Source: Paraspadella gotoi
Taxonomy: Eukaryota; Animalia; Chaetognatha
Assembly: GCA_051294375.1 (NCBI GenBank)
Contig: CM119267.1
Coordinates: 14,625,694 to 14,689,693 of the forward strand
Direction of reading: 5' to 3'
Length of the DNA stretch: 64,000 nt
Under the pieces are notes generated by a model. The model saw only the letters and a list, made by a program, of their open reading frames with translations. It was not told the origin of the DNA and ran no database searches. Positions 11,441 to 25,155 of the stretch are shown one piece after another; positions within the stretch are counted from its first letter, which is position 1; each line of letters starts with the position of its first letter. The position numbers and the translations under genes were made by a program.

Positions 11441-13737
11441 ATGGGCAGCTCCATACTTCGGAAATCCGATCATTTGGCTACCCTTATGCGGACTAACATT
11501 TTTCGTTCGTGCGCTCCGCTATCTCCTTCGGATGGGTCGTCCCCTAAGTCTCCATTTTTTTTACCCTCCTGGACCCCTCATCGAGTTCCCGTTGCCACGC
11601 GGTACATGAGAGGACGTAGAAGGTGGAAATTTCTCCCTAAACTCATCGGGGAGGAACACGTGCAGCCCGACGTCCACGTTCGACACAATTTTGAGCAGCG
11701 ACTGAAGGCCATCCAGCGAGTGGACGAAGAGATTCACAGGGTGCACGACATTGGTTTGCCAGTCGTCGTTTTTCCCGCTCGGCGCTTGGAAAAAGACAAA
11801 GAAATGCGTGATTTTCGGAGAAAAATTAGGGATGACTTCGAGATGGAGCGCGACTCAAGGCTGCAGCGTTCGACCTTTGACGCCGCTGAGGTGGAACACG
11901 AGGATGGATGGGAGGTGGACGACGAAGACTCCAAGGTGGCTCGGTCCCGCATCGAGCATTGTGGGGTCTTTCGTGACCTGTTCGGCTCGTACGCTGTTTT
12001 TCGCGACGCCTTTCGCCTCGACATTGGCTATGACGTTGAATCTCCCGGCGAGGATGGATTGATGGCGCCAGTTTATTACGGAAACTTCGTTGACGCTAGT
12101 CATTGCCAACGCTCGCCCGCCGTTCAAATCGAAAGGGTCGACGAAGAGTTTCTTTGGACGCTGTTAATGACGTCTCCGGATCAAAATTTGGCGCAGTCAA
12201 ACGTGAGGCTTCGAAATCGAATTTAAAGGGATCATTCACTGTTATCCTATTTCAAATAATTTAATTCTAGGCTGAAATCCTTCACTGGATGGTCGGAAAC
12301 ATACGTGGTTCTGACGCGTCTACGGGGCAAGTCGTCGTGCCTTACATGCCTCCTTTCCCCATGCGCGGATTTGGTCCACTCCGTTACGTCTTCATCGCGT
12401 ACAAGCAGGAAGCCCCTCTCGACTTCTCCGCCTTAACTTCGGTTCTCTTCGACGACTCTCGCGCCCTCGCTCAGCGCGGATTCTCCACTTATTCCTTCTA
12501 CCGCCGCCACCAGGATGTTTTCACGCCGACTGCGCTCCGCTTCTTTCAGTGCCACCACGAAGATTGCGTCACCGATTTTTTTCGCAATCGTCTCGAAATG
12601 AAAGAACCTTCCTATGCGTACGATTGGCCAGAGCCCGTGAGGCCGCTGCAGGCCAAGACCGAAGAACGAACCTCATTTAACGAGTACTTGGACCTTTTTC
12701 GTGACAGAAAAGAAATCAATGAACAGGTAAACTTGGTAACAGATTTTGATTGATTGTAATAAAAGTGTATGTTACATGCGAAAAATAAATATGCAGCTAA
12801 CAGCTGTTTGTAATAGAATTTGTCAGCATTTGCTGCTCTGCTCAATGCTCGGGTACTATAATATATAATAGGGTGGAGTGATGAAAAGATTGAGCGATTG
12901 AACATGATTTTTTTGCTGCCTATGGATAATTGGATATGTAATTAACGAATTTTAAACCCTTTAAAAACTTTTTTAACTTAACAGTATATATATATACAGT
13001 TGTAATATTCTTTTTAAAAACATTAAATTTCAAAATTATTTTTATTTTATTTTTAAGAACAGATTTGAATTCGCCGTAAAAAATTAAGAAATTTTTATTA
13101 AATTTGTTATATGATATTTTAATATTTAAACCGCTAAAAATCATTAAAACGTTTACCATATATAAATTTCTACTTTTCCCCGTTTTAAATGCTGAAGACA
13201 ACATAATTTTTGATGTTTTATATATTTGATTTAATTTTTTATAAAGAATTTAAATCTTTATTAGAAATCTAAAAACAATTATTTTTAAAATTTACTATTT
13301 TATAAGAATATTACTACAAATATATTGCATTTTACTATTTTGTTCCCGAAATAATATGAACAAAATATTTTTATACTAATTAATCATACTATCTCACGTT
13401 TAAATATCCTTGTTTGATCACTCAAATAATTTTTTTGTTCTTGAGAGCTCCACTCTAATATATAATTTCATAATTTCATATATTGATGTCTAATGAGGAT
13501 TAGCGGGATAAAAATTATTCGGGACTGAAGATTTTAATTATTATATTTTTTTTTTCTTTTGAGGTTTTGAAAAAGCGACTGTCGATGGGTTCTCCTTTTG
13601 AAGGCTACCCACCCAGAGACGCCTGGCCTAATGCGCTTGTAGACATCGTGGATGAAAACCCAACTTGGTTAAGTGACGAACTTTCTGAGCAAAAATTGAG
13701 AAGAGGGAAGTGGAGAGATCTGGAAATTAGAGACTGA
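11441..13737 (+). CDS. MRPL38: mitochondrial ribosomal protein mL38 (PEBP fold); exons 11441-12202, 12271-12726, 13564-13737
   Basis: Basic presequence, HCGVFRDLF, PVYYGN, WTLLMTSPD, HWMVGNI, PYMPPFPMRGFG, FSTYSFYRRHQD and FNEYLDLFRD motifs. The last exon uses a GAG acceptor. Confidence 0.9.
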
Positions 13738-13938
13738 CCGAAATATCGTTTTAAAAAGTTTTCGTTAAAGTCCTCAATATCGTTTTTAGAGGATTTTTTT
13801 TTAAATTCTTTTGATTTATTTTCCGCCTCTTGTTTGTTTTAGTAACTCTCGACCATGAACCGCTGATAGTTCACTGCTGCTAGATCGAACATTAGAAGTA
13901 ACCTTATTTAAATCTAGTCACAGTACGATCGCCCAAAC

Positions 13939-15824
13939 ATGTCTGTCGCCAACCAACAAGTTCCTGAAGTTCTCAAATCCCTTCTTTCTCATCCAAAAGT
14001 CAAAATTCGCGACACCGAGGCAGTCTCCGAAAAGGTTTTTTACTTAAACTTTAGTCGGGCCGCGAGTAGTCGGTCCGCCTGTTGGTCTATCCCCTTTTCG
14101 TTTTAATTGCTTATAATTCGGGTAATACTACATTGATTTTGTTAATACTTGAGTTATAAGGTGATGTAATATGTGATGCTTAATGTGCACACGTTTCATA
14201 CCTGTGTAGTCACGTGATCCCCAAAAATACGATAACTTAACTAAAAAATAGTAAGTACTCGTACTCATTTGATATTTCTCAGAAAGGTGTAGGATCCATG
14301 TGACTACGTATAAATACGGAAAAACGTCAATGCGGCTTATTTCTCTATCACTTAACAATAAAATAACTAAAACAATCTTTTTGTCAAATGTGCTTATATT
14401 TCATATTAGTGTATATACTATGTAGTCACGAAATCATCGGGAAATGCATCCGCATAAAGTGCAATGCTTCCATAAGGCCACTACGGCGCAACACCTCGAA
14501 CTCGCCAGTTCTTGGTTGTAAATTGCTTTAGCGATTTACTTACTCCCTGAAATAGTACAATTTTCTTTAAAAAAATTTGTTTTTCGGTTATTTAACTTTT
14601 TTTTTTTCTTACTAGCATTTATCTTTTATTCTTTTTATTAGGGACTTTTTATAGAAATTTGTTTATGTCTTCACCCAGTAGATCTTTACTTGCACCGCTT
14701 TATTTAAAATAAGACAAAAGAACATTAAAAATATATTTTATTTGCACTTGTTAGATCTTCATTTGCACCTGCTCTTTAATAAAATTGTAATTATTTTTTT
14801 AAATTATCATTATTTTAAATTTTTTTAAAAATATTTTTTTTTAATTTTATTTTAAAATTCATCTTTTTAATCAATATCCGATATTTAATTAAATTATTTA
14901 ATAAATATTTTTATTTTAAAATAAAATTTTAACATATTTTTAATCTTAAATGATTTAAGCACTTGAAAGCGATTTAAATATATTAGTTTTACTGGTTTTA
15001 CTGATTTTCATCTGGTTTTATTCTAGCTTTCCAAACTCGTTGCGGGAGGCTTGGACTCGCTCCAGGTGTTTTCTGACTTCGACTTTACTATCTCGCAATT
15101 GTGGGACGACCACGACGTGAAATGCCGTTCCAGTCACAACGTGATCGAAGCCTTTCTCCCTCACGAGTATTGTGCCAAGGCGGAAAAGATCCTCAATAAG
15201 TATTACCCCATCGAGATCGACCCCAACCTCACGCAGGAAGAAAAGACCCCCTTGATGGTCAAATGGTGGACGTCTTCCCACGAAAACATCGTAGAGTCGG
15301 GCCTTACGAAGCCGCGCCTCGAGGAAGCGTGCCGTGCTTCCGGGATCCTCGTTCGCGACGGTTTCAGCCTCCTCGTCCAGTCGCTCTGCGAACACAAAGT
15401 GCCTCTGCTGATCTTTTCGGCTGGGATCGCGGACGTCTTGCAGGGCGTCCTCGTAGCGCTCGACCTTTCCCAGCCGAATCAAACGATTATCGCGAATCGC
15501 ATGAACTTCGACGACGAGGGTCGTCTCGTCGGCTTCCACGACCCACTCATTCATGTCTTCAACAAGAACGAGGCGTTGAAGGTGCACGTCGACTACTTTG
15601 AGTCGCAAAAAGGCCGCAAAAATTATATTCTGATGGGCGATTCTCTTGGCGATCTCAAGATGGTCGACGGGGTCTCCTCCGTCGCCCATTGCCTTACCAT
15701 CGGCTTCCTCAACAACCATCTGGACGCAATGCTAGATCGTTACATGGATAATTTCGATATCGTGCTCGTAGACGACCGCACCATGGACGTGCCAAATTTG
15801 ATCGTTAAGTACATTAGTAACTGA
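13939..15824 (+). CDS. NT5C3: cytosolic 5'-nucleotidase III (pyrimidine/m7GMP nucleotidase, HAD family); exons 13939-14034, 15027-15824
   Basis: HAD motif I SDFDFTIS, YYPIEIDP, FSAGIAD, GDSLGDLKM and FDIVLVDDRTMDVP. Exon 1 (MSVANQ...VKIRDTEAVSEK) joins in phase 0. Confidence 0.92.
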
Positions 15825-16292
15825 TGAGACTTGTAACGGCCAGAGTATACTAATATTATGTGTTTAATATATTATTAAATCAACTAAAACTAAATAAATT
15901 TTTCTATGGAGACAGGTAGCCGTGCGATATATTTTCAAGATCGATAAAAATAATGACGAAAACCGGGGGGGAAAGGCTGTTCCTTTATTTTTGCGCCAAA
16001 AAAAAGTTTGCCGTTTTTGTGTATGATAGATGAGCCCATTAGAACTTATTTCGTTTCGATGCATTACCTTGTTCAGTAAATTTTGGCGAATGGCAATCCG
16101 TCCAAGTCATTCATTTTCGGTAGCTTGACTTGCAATATTGCTAAGATTCAAGGTTTATTTGCGAATGAAAATCCTTTCCATGTCTTATGGATTTGCTTTA
16201 CAAATTATTTTTTCGTTCGTAACATGATTGTTCATGTTATCAACGAAAATATTATTCACTACTCAACCGTTTTTATTTTTAATTACGACTCT

Positions 16293-16883
16293 CAGTCGTG
16301 TGCAAAAAAACGCGCCACTTTATAACTTAAAATTTTATACATTCTTTTAAAATATTTTAAAAAATTATTTAAAAAATAAGTTTTTAAAAAAAGAATTAAT
16401 GTGTATAAATTTTATTATAATCGGTTAAGTGGTTTAAAAGATACGAATTTTTGAGTTTGAATGTTTCAAAGCTACAAGAGAAAATCAAATTTTATTTAAA
16501 AGTTTCATAATCATTAACTTATTATTTATCATATTTTTAATAACTTTAGAATTATTATTTAGGGATCTGGGTCAATCCAGTTGTCCAGCTATCCTTCCGA
16601 GTTGCCAGTGTAATTTTTGTTTCAATATATTATAAGGATATAAAAAATCAAAAGAAAAAAGATCAGTTTTAAAACAATCAGATTTTTGATTTTTAGCTTT
16701 GCGGTAGAGTACTTCATTTTAAAAAATCACTGCTCCTAAACGAATAGGCCGATTTTCATAAAATTTATGCCAAACTGTTTATCTTTTAATAAAATTTAAA
16801 TTATTTTTAAAGTTAAAAAAAAAATATATAGAATAAATTTAAAAGTCTGATATAAGGTGGCGCGATTTTTTTGCACATGAGTG
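16293..16883. mobile_element. non-autonomous Tc1/mariner-type TIR element (MITE)
   Basis: Imperfect ~32-bp terminal inverted repeats CAGTCGTGTGCAAAAAAACGCGCCACTTTATA / TATAAGGTGGCGCGATTTTTTTGCACATGAGTG, with TA on the right flank. Confidence 0.7.
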
Positions 16884-17161
16884 TATTGTTTGAAAAACCA
16901 TTGATATTTTTTTCTTCTTTTCCCTTTCATTTCAAGTAATTGTTTTTATTATATAAGGTACGATCTCCTTTGATATGAAGTGATTAAAATTCAGAAAATA
17001 AAACTAAAATTTACACTTATAATATTTTTATTTACACCGCCTCCTCCCCCCCAAAAATTCAACCCTCTACGACCGCAAAATAAAATAAAAAAGATAAGAA
17101 TATTTATCTGACTAAAACCCGAGTCATATTCTGATTATCGTTACGTCTAATTCGCTCTATT

Positions 17162-18079
17162 ATGGCTGTCCGGGCTCAAAGCCTCCAACAACTCTCTGCT
17201 CAGTTACAATATCTCGAAGACTCCATCGTTTCCATCATCGTGGAATTTTCTCATCGTCTTGCAACTTTGACCGACTTGAACGTTTTTGTTCTGTTGGAGG
17301 GTTCGGGCGGTCGACGATTGGCTGGAAAGAAACACCTCGTAGACGCCTTTCAGACCGATTCCCTCAAGCATGACCCGGCCGACGTGCGTTTGGAGGTCAC
17401 TGAATTCTCCAACAGCGTCGTTGCGCTTCCTCGGGAGTCGCCCGACCCGAGCAACTCGAGGAAACGCGGAAGCTTGGAACGAGTCTCAACCAATTCTCCC
17501 AAACGCTTCAAATGGAGCGACGAGGACGAAGTGGTTCTGCTCTTGGAGGAAGAAGAGAATTCCGTTGACGGCATGGAGAAAAAGCCAATTTGCATCGAAG
17601 ATAACTCGAGTCCCGATGTCGCTGCGACTAGCGTTGGGGCGAGCGAATACTCTGACCTTGGAGTCGATTTCGACCCGACGCTCTCCGCCTTATTTTCCTC
17701 CAGTACGCCTGACTCGCCCGAATACGCCGTGGACTTTTCCGCATTGCATCTCAATCCGCAAAAGCTGGAATTTCTCCGTCATCTCGACGACCCGATGGAG
17801 GCATTCTCTAAAGGGTCCGCCGCCATTAAGGTTATCTCCTCGACTTTCTTCGATTTTGGAAAGGAACTTTCTCGCTTTTGTCGCTTTGGTCTCGATTCGC
17901 CGGAAGCAAAAACGTTCTTCAGCGTCAACGTGGACCGGTTTATGGATTCCTTGCCCGTCATGCGAAACGATTCCAGAACGGGAATCATTAAGATTCAGAC
18001 AAAAACTCCGGAAGCCTACATGAGGATGAACGCGAGGAACGGGTTTCGATCGGGGCTCGGAAAAAGAAGCATCACGTGA
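17162..18079 (+). CDS. uncharacterised 305-aa protein with a possible divergent MADS-box-like N-terminal segment
   Basis: GC-rich intronless ORF with the same exon-like composition as its neighbours. EFSHRLATLTDLNVFVLLEGSGG resembles the SRF helix/beta segment ELSTLTGTQVLLLVASETG. Confidence 0.7.
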   Translation: MAVRAQSLQQLSAQLQYLEDSIVSIIVEFSHRLATLTDLNVFVLLEGSGGRRLAGKKHLVDAFQTDSLKHDPADVRLEVTEFSNSVVALPRESPDPSNSRKRGSLERVSTNSPKRFKWSDEDEVVLLLEEEENSVDGMEKKPICIEDNSSPDVAATSVGASEYSDLGVDFDPTLSALFSSSTPDSPEYAVDFSALHLNPQKLEFLRHLDDPMEAFSKGSAAIKVISSTFFDFGKELSRFCRFGLDSPEAKTFFSVNVDRFMDSLPVMRNDSRTGIIKIQTKTPEAYMRMNARNGFRSGLGKRSIT

Positions 18080-18463
18080 CAATGTGATCTGATAGCGATT
18101 TTTATTTCGAGCCGAATTCGTAATTAATTTAGAAACATGGCGTCTAATTAGTTGGTCGTGATTGGCCGGAAATCGTTTCCGTTCTCGTGATTTAAAAAAA
18201 TGTATGTTAATGTGATTTCTCGTCATTTTAGTTTTTCATGCAAATACTAATAGGATTACTATAACAAATAAATTTAACTATTATTTATTCGGAATACTTT
18301 TCGAAAGTTATTTTGAATACAAATCATTTTTTTTATGAAATTAGGATTTTTCATCTTTCGTTTTAAAAAATTGTTTCAAACCTGATGCGTTACACTCATC
18401 GTTATTTACAAAGTAATTATGTATTCATTTCATTTACTTTTTTTAAAACCTAGGAATTCAAAA

Positions 18464-21400
18464 ATGAATTTCGAAAAAATTCAATCTTTGTCAGTGCTGC
18501 TAGTACTTAGCTTCGGCCTTGTTGCTAGTGGCTCGCCCAAACACTGGGCGCTGATCGTCGCCGGTTCTAACGGCTACTACAACTACCGTCACCAGGCAGA
18601 CGTTTGTCACGCCTACCAGATCCTGAGAAAAAATGGAATTCCAGACGAGCAAATCGTCGTCATGATGTACGACGACATCGCACACAGTCCGGAAAATCCA
18701 ACCCCAGGTACGCGAACCTTACGATCTTTCTTTTAGTCTTCAATATTTCATTGATAGGGAAGGTCGAAAAAAATTAGATTAGCTTGCTTGAAAGTTGCAT
18801 ATGAAAATTTGAATGAAAAGTCAATCTTTAACAACCTCTTACCAATGAATAATAAAATCATAAAAATGTCATTTAATATTGAAGTGACCGAGAGGTCGTT
18901 TCAAATATTATATTATTAATTTTTATCTTTTATGACTTAATCATTAAGTTAATGAAGGAATTTTTTAAGAGTTATTTCTTAGAAAATGTTTGTATTTTGT
19001 TTTAAACAAATCGTTGTTGAAAATAAATTTCAAACTTTTTTCTAAATCTCAACACAACGAAAAAGAAACGATTATATATAGCAAAGAGTTATTTCTTATA
19101 GACTTTTCAAATAAAAATATCTAACATAACAATTATTTTAAAATTAAAGATTTTCTAAGGTATACATAAATACATCTTAATGCGTAAATTAAAAGTTATT
19201 GAAAGTTGAATTTTTTTATTCATAAATGATTATTAATAATATATTTTTCATTTAAGTACGTAAGATAGAGTATATTCCATAATCTATGAAATTGGTACAA
19301 CCAATATAAAATTATCCATTCATTTAATAAATAAGCTATCATGCCTCTGACTTTGTACAGGTGGTTTAAGGCCTCCATCACTCTTACAAGACAATGACAC
19401 AGCAGGACCCTGCAAGCTTTCAATCAAGACTTTCTCAGTCTCGTTTATTCACTCCAAGAGATGATTATTAATGCTTCTTGATATTTGTCTAGGATGATGA
19501 TAATACCTAAAAACTTTCAGGAATAGTAATTAATCAGCCGAATGGACAAGACGTCTACCACGACGTGCCCAAAGATTACGTCGGAAAAAACGTTACGCCC
19601 GAAGTCTTTCTAAATGTTTTGTTGTGCAACAAAACTGCGTTGAAAACAAAAGGAAGCGGAAAGGTAAGAGCATTTCGAGTTTTTACAATGGTTATAAGCT
19701 CGGCATTTCTTTTTTTTATTATTTCTAGTGCATCGACAGCGGTCCCGAAGACCACGTATTTATCAATTTCGCGGATCACGGAGCGCCGGGCCTCCTCGCT
19801 TTCCCCGACGGGGAGCTTTACTCTAAGCAGTTGATGCAAGCGCTGCAAATCATGTACTCTTTAAAGAAATACCACAAGATGGTTTTGTATATCGAGGCGT
19901 GCGAGAGTGGCTCCATGTTCGACGGCCTGCTTCCCAATGACATGAACATTTATGCCACAACGGCCGCTAACGAGGACGAGTCCTCTTATGCTTGTTACTA
20001 CGATGAGAAGCGAGGGACTTACCTGGGGGACGTTTATTCTGGTGAGCTCTTGTCTACTATATATTATAAAGCGACTCCAGCGTTGATAACTAGGCAAACG
20101 TTTTGTTTAGTTCGATGGATGGAAGATGCGGACAACGAATTAATCAACGCCGAAACCCTGATGGATCAATTTAACATAGTCCGGGCAGAAACTAACACGT
20201 GATAACCACAATTTTTTTGAAATTTCATTTTTTCAAGGAGTCAGTATTAATTTTCTACAGGGTAGTGATTCAAAACTTAAAAAATCCGTATAATTTCATC
20301 TTTTTTTATTTTGTGACGCATCGGGTGAATTTAAAGAAAAAAATGTAATTGAAGATACTTAACCAGACCTTGTTCTAACTATTAAAGCAATGCGACAAGG
20401 ACTACTGCAAAAACCACTCCTGCCACAGCACCTAAAAGAATGACAGCCGCTCTTCATAAACACTTCTGAAAGATCGGGCCACAACTTGTAGACGGTTTAC
20501 CATATGCCATTGATATTTTGGTTGAAAGTCATATGGGTCTCCCCTTTAAAACGCCCTACTTATCACATTTTAGGGAAATTAGATGTGGATATTTTCAAGC
20601 CCGAAAATCATTCAGTCAAAAATTAAAATGTTGCTGCAGCTGAAATATTTATTTTTTTTAGCTTTATACAACAATGCCCTTTGTTACAGCCATGCATAAT
20701 AACCCCAAGAGTATTTGCTGAAATGGAATATAAAAACAATATAGTAGAATGCTGCAAAGGATTTTTGTCCAGTAGCAAAAATGCACAAAAATGCAGCAGT
20801 AGATTGCATTAAGCAATTTACTTAATATTTTATACAGAGAGTCCCAACTACATCAGTTATTGATTTCATAAGTTCACAGAGATGGCACTCAACCAGAGTA
20901 GCCACTACAGTGTGAACTTTAGCAAAAATAAGAAATTTTTACAGCATCTTAAAATTGCTTGTTAAACAGCGGCAGTTTAATGGCCATAGTATAGTAAAGA
21001 TATGATGTCTGAGTGAATATTTCTAAATGGAGTTCTTCATTTGCACTCTTTAGAATTTTCCTTTCAGCATAAAAATGAGCTACTAGTGTAGCAGAATATA
21101 TAGCATGTATATTATTGGTTTTGGGTATGATACAATTGATACCTGTAGCATCCTTATAAATGGCACTAATCAAATCGGGCTTGATCGTACGTTTTCCCGA
21201 CTTAGAATAGTAGTTATTCCTATTCTTAATGGCCTTCTTAATAATATAACATACTACTAGGGAACCTTGAGGTGTATTGAAGGCGTGAAGAAATTTTTTT
21301 TTCCTTTTTTTTTTCTTAAAATAAAAAGATAATTTTCATAAAATTCAACAATTAAGGATCAATCGCGGACACTGCAAATTGGAAAAGTATTAAGTATACC

Positions 21401-22561
21401 AATGAAAATCATGAGTAAATATTATCATTATGGTTCCTAACATTTACACTAGGCCATTGGCAATTTTTTTTTTTTTAGTCAGACAGAAACTTGGCAAATG
21501 AAAATCACGAGTAAATACTATCATTATGGTACCGAACATTTACACTAGGCCATTGCCATTTTTTTTTTAAAGTCATAGACAGAAACTTGTCAATTTTTTT
21601 TAAGACTGAAAATAATGGTATACTTCGCGAAGAGTAGAAACGAGAGAATGTATCACTAGACAAAATATACCGAGGAGGAAGAAGAAGAAGAGGAGAATTG
21701 GACGGCAGGCTAAATCCTCCTCTGGGAACATTAACATAATTAGTAGTGGTTTTAAGACCTAAACCGTCGCAGAGCAAATTCAACCAAAGTTGCATTCTTT
21801 TTAGTAGCGAAGCGTATTGTAAAAGCAAGAGGAAAATAAAACCTATATCAGAAAGAGAAAACAAATTATTATTTTAATGTATTATAAAAAGACATTCGAT
21901 AACTTTTTGCCTATAAAATATGGTTAAATACTATTCTAAGTTTTGATTCACTACCCTGTATATGTATATACTTATGTAATATATATACGTATTTGGTAGG
22001 AGTCACGTCTCACAATTCGGAGACAGAGAGATAGGTGCTCATTACGAGGTGGGGGAATTCATCGGAACCGAGCGTTTCGGAGGCTCCAAACGTCCAAACA
22101 AACCGCGGCCGAAGCTTTCGCCCATCAAAGACGCCGTCCCTGCGCCCGACGTTCCACTCCACATTCTTCGAAAACGTCTTGACGCGGCCCAGTCCACCGA
22201 GATCGCGACAAAAATCCAACAGCAGCTTGAATCCTTGCAGCAAAATCGAAGGCGTCTCGATCGCATCGTCGAGGATATAGTCCATCATGTCGCCTCCGTC
22301 GCAGCCGAGTCCAACGGGGTGGGCGTCTCCTTTTCAGAGGTCCTCAATGCGAAACCCCGCATTCGACGCTACTCGTGTTTCGAGCGTGTAGTCTCTCATT
22401 TTTCTCGCACCTGCGCTCCTCTCAGCAAAAACGACTACGCTCTGAGAAAGGTCCGCGTCTTGGTCAATCTCTGCGAGATGAGCGGCGTCGACTCCGAAGT
22501 TATCTACGATACTGTCACCAAATTCTGTCACGGTCACCAGCCTTTCCTGGATGTTTATTAA
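18464..22561 (+). CDS. LGMN: legumain / asparaginyl endopeptidase (C13); exons 18464-18707, 19521-19663, 19729-20041, 20111-20198, 22000-22561
   Basis: Signal peptide, [25 protein letters not shown], catalytic DHGAPG and [26 protein letters not shown] and a C-terminal prodomain. Confidence 0.95.
19285..19456. repeat. dispersed ~200-bp repeat family (other copies at 58613-58820 inverted and 59537-59726; short end at ~29817)
   Basis: Near-identical ATGAAATTGGTACAACCAATATAAAATTATCCATTCATTTAATA...GCCTCCATCACTCTTACAAGA...CTCGTTTATTCACTCC in all three copies. Confidence 0.85.
20258..21958. mobile_element. 1.7-kb non-autonomous Tc1/mariner-type DNA transposon in legumain intron 4
   Basis: TIRs CAGGGTAGTGA(T/A)TCAAAACTTA at both ends, flanked by TA (20256-57 and 21959-60). 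Internal ~97-bp tandem duplication at ~21400-21595. No transposase ORF seen. Confidence 0.85.
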
Positions 22562-22873
22562 CTATTGTGACCACACGAGGAAAAACTATTAATGCCCACA
22601 CCGTTTGTTTTATTTCTCTTGTTTTGGTATTTTTGGATCGATTTTGGCTGTTCGGAATGTAATAATATTATTTGAATTTGTGGGCTATTATTTGAATTTT
22701 GCTTTCTCAATTTGACTTGATTTTAGACATTAGTTATTTTGCATTTTTGTGATATGATCTTAAGAAATTACTGATCTGAAGTTTAGTTGTATCCATTATG
22801 TTAAACACAAGGATACTCGTGGACCTTAGGCTTAGTATGTAATAACCCCAAATTTTTTAAATGGCGTTATAAC

Positions 22874-22918
22874 ATTTGACTAGTTTTTCGTATTAATAAT
22901 ACGAAAAACTAGTCAAAT
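22874..22918. repeat. perfect 22-bp-arm palindrome
   Basis: ATTTGACTAGTTTTTCGTATTA-A-TAATACGAAAAACTAGTCAAAT. Confidence 0.9.
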
Positions 22919-23260
22919 TTTATTATGTAAGAAAGTTATAATTTATGAATATTTTTTTGAGATTTTTTAACTTCTCATTATTTTGTTTTAGGTTTTTCTT
23001 TTATATTGTATCATCAACTGGTGTCGATCGTTTTTATAATTTTAAACATTGAGAGATTCTTGACAGTTTATACCTTTTTATTTTGTATACTTTTTTTAAC
23101 TGATTCTGCGGTCTAATGTATGATGTAATCACTTCTGCGTTCATGATTGAATTCGTCTCATTTTTTCCACAGCATCATCGTCGTGTCAACAAAAATGAAT
23201 CGGAGATCGGATTGATTTTCAGAAAAGCCTTGTTGGTCTTTAAGAAAAAACCTTTTGAAA

Positions 23261-25155
23261 ATGGCTGACAGAAGGACTCGCGTAATTAAGTATTTCTCCC
23301 CCAACCTTAAGAAATATTCTTTTCACCATGTGAGCGTTTTTTTCCTGACTTTTTTCTGCTACGCCTTCTTTCACGCCTCGCGAAAAGTCTTTCCCAATAC
23401 GAAGCCCACCATAGCTGAAGTTTGGACTCCCGCGCACCGTGTATACAACAACGGATCGACGGAAGAATGGCGCCAAATTTCCCTCAAGCCGCGGGATGAG
23501 TGGGAGACTCACGACCTTTGCGTAGATAAGGATACCACCGACGATCTTTTGGGCACCATCGACATGGCGTTCATGTTCTCCTACGCTATCGGCCTATTTT
23601 TCAGCGGTATAATCGGGGATCGTTTCGAACCACGGTTCGTTTTGTCGATCGGCATGACGCTAAGCGCCCTCACAGTGTTCTTGTGGGGATTTTTGCTCGA
23701 AAGTCTGCACTACTACAACAAGTACATGTATATCGCGCTCTGGGCTCTTAACGGTTTCGTGCAATCATCCGGTTGGCCCACCGTCGTCGCGGTAATGGGA
23801 AACTGGTTCGGCAAATCGAGCAGAGGTTTCATTTTAGGACTATGGTTAGTCCAATATTTTTACCGTTTACGAACAAAGTATGAGGGACGGAGAATATAAC
23901 TGATTGACATTTTAGGTCGGCCTGTGCGTCCGTTGGAAATATAATCGGGGCAGCCTTGGTTGCAAGCGTTTTGGATTACGGTTACGAGTTCCCTTTCCTC
24001 GTCTCGTCGGCTGTCCTTCTTGGAGGGGCGGTGCTCATGTTCTTCGGCCTCGTTCCTAAGCCGGCCGACGTTGGTCTTCCGGAGCCCGAGGATTTTGAAG
24101 AAAAAGCGATTGTGAGTGACAGGGTCGCGAACGAATGCGACGCGGAAGATTCGGATCCGCTGCTGGCCCAGCCGGAAACGCCTAGCGTCCCCCCCACTCA
24201 CTCCAAAGTTTACGAGGACGAGGAAGTTCCTTCGGCGGAAAACTCGTCCCTGAATTTTCCGGCGGCGACTGTAACACGGCCAGTCCCGATTTCCTTTTTT
24301 AAAGCGGTTTTTTTGCCTGGCGTCATTCCCTACTCCCTTTGCTACGCGGCATTGAAGTTGGTCAACTACAGCTTTTTTTTCTGGCTACCGCTTTATCTTC
24401 ATGACGCTTATCGATGGTCCAACGACACGGCCAACGGCTTGTCGCAGTGGTACGACGTTGGCGGAATTATAGGGGGAACCATTGGCGGCTACGTTTCGGA
24501 TGTCGCAAGGAAGCGTTCACCAGTGCTATTTGGCCTCTTGCTTCTAGCCATTCCCATGTTATACATTTATCAAGGTGAGCGATAGTTTGCGAGCCGTCTA
24601 ACTAATTGCAAAATTCTTATTGTTGTTCAAACCAAACAATTTCTAACTTTCCAGTTTATGGCAGCGATGAGGTGTCGAACGCCGCGCTTATGGGCTTGGT
24701 TGGATTCTTTATCGGGGGCGCCGCTAATATCATTTCCGCCGCAATTTGCGCGGATATGGGCAGACTCGACCAGTTGCGTGGAAACTCTGAGGCTTTGGCC
24801 ACCGTGACGGGAATCGTCGATGGAACTGGATCCGTTGGAGCGGGTAATTTTTCATATTTTTTAACATTCGAACATTCATATTATTATTGATTTAAATAAA
24901 TTTGCTTGCTTAGCCATCGGCCAGGCCGTTTTGCCCAGAATAAGCGGAACCTACGGTTGGAAGTTCGTCTTTTATTTTTTCATCTTGTGCATCATTTTGA
25001 CTTGCGTCAGCACGTTTTACATGATGACCCGGGAGTTGGAATGTCTTCGTCGCTGCTTCGCATGCCGCAAGAGCGAGCATCGAGAACGCGTCCTCGAACC
25101 TTACCAACCGCCTCCCACGTTCGACTCTTCTGAGATTCATATCGATTCCCGGTAG
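23261..25155 (+). CDS. SLC37A3: sugar-phosphate exchanger (SLC37A3-like MFS transporter); exons 23261-23844, 23916-24574, 24655-24843, 24914-25155
   Basis: YAFFHASRK, QSSGWPTVVAVMGNWFGK, WSACASVGNIIGA, KLVNYSFFFWLP and ALATVTGIVDGTGSVGA motifs. Confidence 0.92.

Noticed and set aside
18071-18080. TCACGTGA (CLEAR/E-box-like) upstream of legumain, also at ~14210 and ~53957
   Set aside because: A short motif overlapping a stop codon or lying in introns, at a frequency compatible with chance.
19220-19423. Similar short ORFs MKACR... at 19220-19423 (-) and 58675-58866 (+) as a small gene family
   Set aside because: Both lie in copies of the same dispersed non-coding repeat and start at TTG.
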